32,000 nt of DNA from Candidatus Saccharimonadota bacterium (lineage in GTDB: Bacteria > Patescibacteriota > Saccharimonadia > Saccharimonadales > UBA4665). This document shows positions 26,205 through 32,000 of this stretch, one piece after another. The notes under the pieces were generated by a model that searched no databases, was not told the origin of the DNA, and was given only the letters and a program-made list of their open reading frames with translations. Made by a program: the position numbers and the translations under genes. Where the stretch lies: contig CP064992.1 of the NCBI GenBank assembly GCA_016699935.1, positions 900,001 through 932,000 of the forward strand, in the 5' to 3' direction. Within the stretch, counting starts at the first letter, position 1; each line of letters begins with the position of its first letter.

Positions 26205-27032
26205 CTAACGTTTGACGTAGACGGTTGTTGGGTAGGTGCCACTAAAAACGAGTGAGCCGGGCTGCAGTTTGGCTGACTGGACTTCGAGATGTTGGGTGCG
26301 GGCAATCGAGTTTGAAGTGCCGGTACTTAGCACACGGCTAGCAATGTCTTGCGGCACATTATAACGGCCAATTTGGATTTGCTGCAAGCGGAAACTGAGC
26401 TGGTCGTTTTGGACTGATCCAGTAGCTTTTATGTATACGGCGGCATTATTGGCGAATCGTTTGCCCCAGCTAGCTGCCTTGTCGACATCGCTTTGGCTGT
26501 AGCCTACCCCACCGATGAAATTGACTACTTCGCTGGCGTAGGTAGCATTGAGATTGCCAGAAATCTCCACTACGTCGTTACCCAGCCGTACTTGGACGTT
26601 TTTGAGCGGCATCCATAACCAGCCTAGGTCATTGATGGCGGCCGTTATTTCCGATTGTGTCAGGTTCAGTCCTTCGACTGTTTTGGGGTCAGCAAAGATG
26701 GTTTTTTTGCCCGGTTTGGTGGGGTTATCTGGAGCTGACGTAAAATCGTTCAGTACGACAGCGGTTTTTTGTTTGTAACTAGCAAGGTCGGCGGCGCTGT
26801 AGCGGACGCCAAGGTCACGCGGTTTTGTTGCCCCCATGAGTGTCGATAGACCGGGTACAAAACCGTACCAACCGGCTACTAGAAGTGGCACTAGTAACAA
26901 GACGAAAACAATTAGACCAAAAACTTTCAGTTTGCGATGTTTTTTGATGGATTTGTTTGGATGGTTTGCTCGACTGGCATCACTTTTTATGGGGGTGTCA
27001 TTTGATTTAGTCTGATCTGTTTCTACTGCCAC
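26205..27032 (-). CDS. Membrane-anchored hypothetical protein (basic N-terminus, one TM helix, exported domain)
   Basis: Intact ORF with a GTG start after the SD AAGGAG. The TM helix is VFGLIVFVLLLVPLLVAGWYGFV. No family assigned. Confidence 0.6.
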   Translation of the reverse strand: MAVETDQTKSNDTPIKSDASRANHPNKSIKKHRKLKVFGLIVFVLLLVPLLVAGWYGFVPGLSTLMGATKPRDLGVRYSAADLASYKQKTAVVLNDFTSAPDNPTKPGKKTIFADPKTVEGLNLTQSEITAAINDLGWLWMPLKNVQVRLGNDVVEISGNLNATYASEVVNFIGGVGYSQSDVDKAASWGKRFANNAAVYIKATGSVQNDQLSFRLQQIQIGRYNVPQDIASRVLSTGTSNSIARTQHLEVQSAKLQPGSLVFSGTYPTTVYVKR

Positions 27033-27090
27033 TTTGCCTTCTCCTTTTTAAGTAAATTATTCTACCAACTAGTGCTTAAGTATCGATTTT

Positions 27091-28065
27091 TTACTTAAAC
27101 TCAACTGGTTTTCGTGCTGCCAATTGCCAGGTACCGCCCGCTACTTTCATAAGGCCGTCGACTCGGTATGAGCCGGTTTTGTCAGGGGCATTGACAAATG
27201 ACATCGACATTTCGACTCCCCGAGTATTATCGGATGTCGGTGAGCTGTTGTAGTCAGCTATTGTGCTGATGGCTGTACTTTTATTGGACGTGGTGTTACA
27301 GACTTCGAGGTACATTTCTACTCCCGGTATGGTCTGATCGCTAGCGCCAGCCACTATGAAGTAGACAGTTTCGGCGGGCTTACTTGTGGCCGTAAAATCA
27401 GCTAGTCGGAATGATGATTTATTACTATCAGGACGAACTTCTCCTACAGCAACATCTCTGTAGGCTGAACTAATCAACTTTGCGTTGTAGCCGGCGGGTA
27501 CGGTTGGCGACTGTTTGGCTGGGAATGTGCAGTCATGGACTTCTTTGTACGACTTGCTACTGGTAACTGCAGTACTACCCGCATTTGGATTATTGCCCGA
27601 ACTTTTAGTACTAGATGAAGTTGTTTGAGTGGTCTCCTTAGTGGTGGTTTCGGTTTGTGTAATTAGCACAATGAATAAAGAAATGACCACTAGCCCAATT
27701 AGCAACGGTACTAACGGTAAACCAACCGCTGGGCGTTTTATCTTATACCATCGCCAGACTACATATGAAAATACGACCCAAATAAGGGCTATTAACCAGC
27801 CGATTTTACTCGTCAGTGCCAGCAGGCAAAAAAGAACTGTGCAAATCGCACTTGCGGTAAAATACTTTTTGCTAACTACTGTCGCAGCTTGCGTGCTAGG
27901 CGTGGTTGTTTGTTTGGGTTCATGCGGCGTTTGTGGCGGGCTGGTAAAGCCAGTCATGTCGTCGTTTTGAAACTCGATCGGCCGGTCGGTAGCCGAGGTG
28001 TACGTGGCCTTGACGCTGCCTACCTTTAAGACGCCTGCTTTTTTGAGAGAATTGGTAAACTTCAT
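27091..28065 (-). CDS. Membrane protein with three TM helices, a Thr/Ser-rich linker and a C-terminal exported domain
   Basis: The ATG at 28063-28065 has the SD AAGGAGG. Hydrophobic segments: AICTVLFCLLAL, WLIALIWVVFSYVVW and LPLVPLLIGLVVISLFIVLI. The linker is TETTTKETTQTTSSSTKSS. No family assigned. Confidence 0.6.
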   Translation of the reverse strand: MKFTNSLKKAGVLKVGSVKATYTSATDRPIEFQNDDMTGFTSPPQTPHEPKQTTTPSTQAATVVSKKYFTASAICTVLFCLLALTSKIGWLIALIWVVFSYVVWRWYKIKRPAVGLPLVPLLIGLVVISLFIVLITQTETTTKETTQTTSSSTKSSGNNPNAGSTAVTSSKSYKEVHDCTFPAKQSPTVPAGYNAKLISSAYRDVAVGEVRPDSNKSSFRLADFTATSKPAETVYFIVAGASDQTIPGVEMYLEVCNTTSNKSTAISTIADYNSSPTSDNTRGVEMSMSFVNAPDKTGSYRVDGLMKVAGGTWQLAARKPVEFK

Positions 28066-28185
28066 CGTTACCTCCTTGCATCTCATACTATATGCCTGGC
28101 TGGGTAGTCTGTAATGTGATATTCGACACATTACAAGCAAGTATTCGTCAGCTAAGACGCCTGCTAGATTATGCTAGCGATGAAA

Positions 28186-29664
28186 TTACAGCGGGAATAA
28201 ACCAAGCCGGCGATGGTTTTCGCCCATGATGCCATCGGCGTCACCACCAACCCATAGCCCTGCCCCAGCGCCTTGCGATGCAGGGCTGACGTACATACCG
28301 GCCCAGCCGTAACCACGACCGGTTGAAGTGCCTTGATTAAATGAAGCAACCGCAGAACCGGTTGAGGCATTGATAGCACCAATACCGTAATGTGTTTGCG
28401 GTGCATATGCAGCTGAAGTTTGTTTTACCCCAGCTCGATAGACAGTAAAGTTCAAGTTTCTAAAATGGCCACCTGTATAGATGTAGTTAGTTGTTGCTCG
28501 ACACGATAGAAATGTGTCATTGTCTGTGTAGTTTACCCAATCTGGTGTGGCATTAGTACTGTTACTATTTGGCCACAAACTAATCGAGTCACGTAAGCTA
28601 GGGTAGACTGACGTTCCGCCACCGCCCGTAGTGCAAAGCACAAAAGACGAGCCTGTTGGGTTCCAGTCGACGTCTCGCATACACATCGAAAGTTGTGGTA
28701 AACAGGGTGAAGTTCCTGGTGCTGTAGTTGAGTTCGGTAACACAGTCGAAAAATTCATGATGTTAGCCGGGTACCATGGGGCGAGAGTCGTAGAGGTTGT
28801 GCCAAGATCAATCATGGCAATCTGCAGACGCGTGCTAGCATTTACTTTTCGAAAGTTACCAATGAATACTGCTCGTGTCCCCTGGGGGTTAATGGCTATT
28901 TTTCTACACGGAGTGCGCCGGAACTATACGTAGAAATTGTAGGATCAATGATTGTTTCAGTTATTGCTAAGTTGATATAGGAGGTTCGAGCACCAGTTAG
29001 GGGTGGATGGCCATCAGTGCTGAGCCGTTGACTTTTGTACCATTGACTTCAATATGTGTGGCATCGCTAGCTACAAAAAGTCGTCCGTTTAACATCTTGA
29101 GATCGTAAACGGTCGCTGGCCTATTAACACCTAGCGTTAGTCTGGGGTTGAAACTGGTATCACGAGTATTCGTTACGAGATTCCATTTGACGATGCCAGT
29201 CACGGGTGCGCCGCCAACAGACGTGAATCGTCCGCCAATGTATAGTGACTTGCCATCACTTGATGTTTCGAGAGCGTAGACTTCACCGCTTTCACGGGTG
29301 CCGTCTTTGCCTAGCAGTTGCGGTTTAAACGCAGTATCAATGACACCAGTACCAGGGTTGAAACGGAAGATATTGGAAAAGACGTTATCGGTAGGAAAAT
29401 TCGGTTGTTTAACAATATTTACGATGCCGCCAGCATACATATAGTTGCCGACCCGCAATAGCTCGTTGACGGCTTTGGGGTCAGAGGTGTCGCCGCCGGC
29501 TTTGGCGGTACCGATAACATTTGGTGTGTAGTCGGCTGGGTTGGTATTGGCCAGTGGTATATCTGGTGCCGCAAAACTTGCATTGGCAGCAGGCTCATTG
29601 TTAGCCCAGCTAACGTAGCAAAAATAAGTAGGTTTGCTGTCAATTTGGTGATGGATTTATTCAT
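28186..29664 (-). CDS. Secreted beta-propeller repeat protein, heavily frame-disrupted
   Basis: The signal peptide is MNKSITKLTANLLIFATLAGL. ORFs 29419-29664, 28997-29458 and 28186-28815, plus bridging frames (…LTGARTSYINLAITETIID…, …IAINPQGTRAVFIGNFRKVN…), give one ~490-aa protein. It carries repeated blade-like units (FNPGTGVIDTAFKP…LYIGGRFTSVGG). At least four frame corrections are needed. Confidence 0.6.
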
Positions 29665-29894
29665 TGATAAGTCCTTTAGGTTATGTAGATTGTTATTCCC
29701 CTACCCCTCTGTCAACTGCTTGTATTATAGTAAAAATTACGTAGTATGTAAATATTCTGTTTTGACAATAAGATAATATGGCGCAAAAGCTTCATCATTG
29801 CCAAATTTGACCGATTAGTGGCTGGAGCTTTTCATTATTTTCTGCCTAATCATACATGCCAGCTACAAAAAGTTGTTTCTGTTAGACTAAAATT

Positions 29895-30481
29895 ATGAAA
29901 GAAACTTTAGCCGTCATCGCTGCGCTCTTGGCGGTTGTAGGTAACATATCGTACCTGCGCGATACCGTCAGCCGCAAAATTTCACCCCATCCCTATACCT
30001 GGCTGGTGTGGTCGGTCGTGACCGGTATAACGCTAGTGGGGCAAATTACCAAAGGCGCTGGTGTAGGTGCCTTGCCGACGGCTGTGGCCGAATGTTTTAC
30101 GGTGGCAGTTTTTATTTTTCGCTGCGCCACGGCTTTGCCAATATTGTTCGTAGCGACAACTACTATCTTGCGGCAGCCCTGCTCGGCCTCATACCGTGGG
30201 CTATCACCCATGACCCGACATTTTCGGTAATTATCGCCGTTGCTATCGACCTGACGGCCTCGACCATGACCATCCGCAAAACCTGGCGCAAACCGGCTTC
30301 GGAAACACCGGTGCTGTACGGCGCTAATGTGCTTCGCCACATTTTGACGCTGTTTTCGCTGCAATCTTACAATATCGCCACTACCCTGCACTCTATCGCC
30401 ATGCTAGCCACAAACACCACCATGACCAGCATAATTGTCCTAAAGAAACCCCGCACCATAGCTGGGAAAAACAAGCCATGA
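29895..30481 (+). CDS. Small polytopic membrane protein, frame-disrupted
   Basis: ORFs 29895-30230 and 30008-30481 join near 30110-30125, in a T-rich run. Five to six hydrophobic helices are present. Upstream lies TAGACT, then 6 nt, then the ATG. No family assigned. Confidence 0.5.
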
Positions 30482-30582
30482 AGGAGCTATGATTTTGTGT
30501 GGGATGGGGTGAAAAACAGGGGTGGGTTTAACCGCATTTGGTAAAAAGCTGCTGCTGGGGAGCGGGAAATGTGCCGATGTGT

Positions 30583-30965
30583 CTACGCTTTATCTAAATA
30601 ACCGCGATAACGTCTCGGGTCTTCGCGGTTTTTGTCGTTTTTGGCATAGAGCTCAACAAACAGTATTTCATTCTCGGTCTTGACTGCTATGAATATGATG
30701 CGGACTTTATCACTACGACCGAGGGCGGCGACATCGAGGCGCATTTTGATAACCTCTACACGTACATCTGTATGTATGATTGCTGCTGTCTTTCGGGCGA
30801 AAACTCACGGCGATACTCGGCAAGATCGACGTCATCCGACAGCTGTGCATAGAGCGGCAAAATGTACTGCTTTGCAGCTTGCACATCGCTAGGTATCGAT
30901 CGCCATTTCTTGGCAAGTCGTTTTACATCTTTTGCAAACTCTGGCGATTCCTCAAAGTTCATCAC
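30583..30965 (-). CDS. RelE/ParE-superfamily toxin-like protein, frame-disrupted
   Basis: MMNFEESPEFAKDVKRLAKKW… (ORF 30756-30965) continues after a shift near 30760-30775 as …VRVEVIKMRLDVAALGRSDKVRIIFIAVKTENEILFVELYAKNDKNRED, with the stop at 30583-30585. The start overlaps the upstream antitoxin-like gene by 14 nt. Confidence 0.5.
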
Positions 30966-31731
30966 TCGGTTCCGTCACGGCTGTTTTGCTCGTCCGATAG
31001 AATACTCCACGGTATGCGATAGGCTTACCATCTTTTGCTGCGAGCCACGGTGTATCAAAATGTGAAAGTTCCGATAGCTCACTAGCAGTTTTGTCGCTCA
31101 ATCTAGCTAACGTTTCGTCGATGTGTAGTAATTCGTTTGCACTTAGTTTACGTAGGTCGACACTTTTATGTGGCAAATACTTTTTTGGGTATTCTTGAAG
31201 TATTTTGTCTCGACTACTTCTAACTCGTCCTTTTGTTTCATAGCTTCGACAACGCTCACAAAATCGCGAGTTGGCGTTGGGCCGAAGTGGTTGCGGACAT
31301 AGGTAAGGCCGGTAATGGATTGGCCAGTTTTTCGTAATAATCGAAGTCGATGAAGTACAACAGTTTGTAGAGCACCGTCTCGCCGACATTTGGTTTGGCG
31401 CCGACTTTTCCTAGTACATACAGCAAAACCTCACGTAGCTTTTCGGGATTTGTCTGTGGGTCGATATCACGCGGAATGATTTCTTCAGTCGTTTCAGCGA
31501 AACTATACGGAGCTGCCGGTTCATTTGCCACACTAGCAGTGCCGTCTATAAGCTCGCTCGGCGCAATCTGATAGTACTCGGCTAGCGCCTGCATCTCATC
31601 GAGGTTAGGCGGTCGCCTGTCTGCCTCAAACTCGCGTAGGTGGCACGAGCAATGCCGATAGCATCGGCTATCGTCTGCTGGCTCGCTCCAGCATTCACTC
31701 GCAATCGCTTGATTGTAGTAGTAAAGCTCAT
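30952..31731 (-). CDS. XRE-type HTH fused to a Panacea (DUF4065/SocA-like) domain; putative antitoxin, frame-disrupted
   Basis: The ATG at 31729-31731 gives MSFTTTIKRLRVNAGASQQTIADAIGIARATYA (the HTH). The protein then reads …PPNLDEMQALAEYYQIAPSELI and LYKLLYFIDFDYYEK-TGQSITGLTYVRNHFGPTP (the Panacea core). Three frame corrections are needed: ~31620, an A5 tract near 31335 and an A6 tract near 31178. Confidence 0.6.
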
Positions 31732-31846
31732 AATCTTTCCCCGCCCGATCATGGTTTATATTACCATAATGTTACCACGTGCTACAAAACTAGTCAATAC
31801 TATTGCTACAGTTCTAGTCAGTCCTATAGAACACGGCTAAGAAGTC

Positions 31847-32000
31847 GTGACTGTACAAGGCGCTAAACTAACAGTTTCCATCATGGACGGCAAAGTCTAC
31901 CTGACCGACGCCAAGGGCGGCAAAGTTATGGTAGAAGCAGCCGATGTCAAAGCAGACAACGCACCCTCTAGGTTGAATAGCTTCGGCTCCTATGCTTCGG
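31847..32000 (+). CDS. Start of an unassigned ORF running off the right edge
   Basis: The frame from GTG 31847 stays open for 51 codons to the window end (VTVQGAKLTVSIMDGKVYLTDAKGGKVMVEAADVKADNA…). It is divergent from the TA pair. No confident family. Confidence 0.3.
   Translation, partial: MTVQGAKLTVSIMDGKVYLTDAKGGKVMVEAADVKADNAPSRLNSFGSYAS

Noticed and set aside
31847-32000. The partial ORF …GKVYLTDAKGGKVMVEAADVKADNA resembles the C-terminal strands of a fasciclin (FAS1) domain (…ADIxAxNGVIHVID).
   Set aside because: The similarity covers about 30 residues and sits at the N-terminus of the ORF, without the rest of the domain upstream. That is too weak to call, so it is reported only as an unassigned partial ORF.

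Overview
Bacterial chromosomal window with no rRNA, tRNA or CRISPR array that I can support. The left half is mostly nucleotide metabolism. It holds the first codons of a purK/purT-like gene (1-49, minus), then purC and purB. Next comes a visibly AT-richer stretch with a lipoprotein, a Zn-ribbon protein and a minus-strand four-gene operon. That operon encodes a short ThyA-like protein, a URC1-type GTP-cyclohydrolase-II-like protein, a second OMP-decarboxylase paralog and a guanylate-kinase-like protein. After it come an EamA/DMT transporter, a ~1.1 kb DDE(rve) insertion sequence, a hypothetical gene, pyrF-pyrE-pyrD, htpX and purA. The right half holds a class IV aminotransferase, an RRM RNA-binding protein and a DEAD-box helicase. 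It continues with a block of secreted or membrane-anchored proteins (adhesin-like, purple-acid-phosphatase-like, beta-propeller) and an XRE-Panacea / RelE-like toxin-antitoxin pair. Two non-coding repeat families carry conserved nested helices: family A (~327 nt, 142-468 and 14001-14327) and family B (17638-17807 and 21407-21649). These families and the nucleotide operon are the most unusual signals. About 30 single-base frame disruptions hit most genes, so many CDS are reported as merged, frame-corrected models. The sequence alone cannot tell whether the disruptions are assembly indel error or real gene decay. Several genes show a leaderless promoter geometry, with the -10 hexamer followed by 6 nt and then the start codon.
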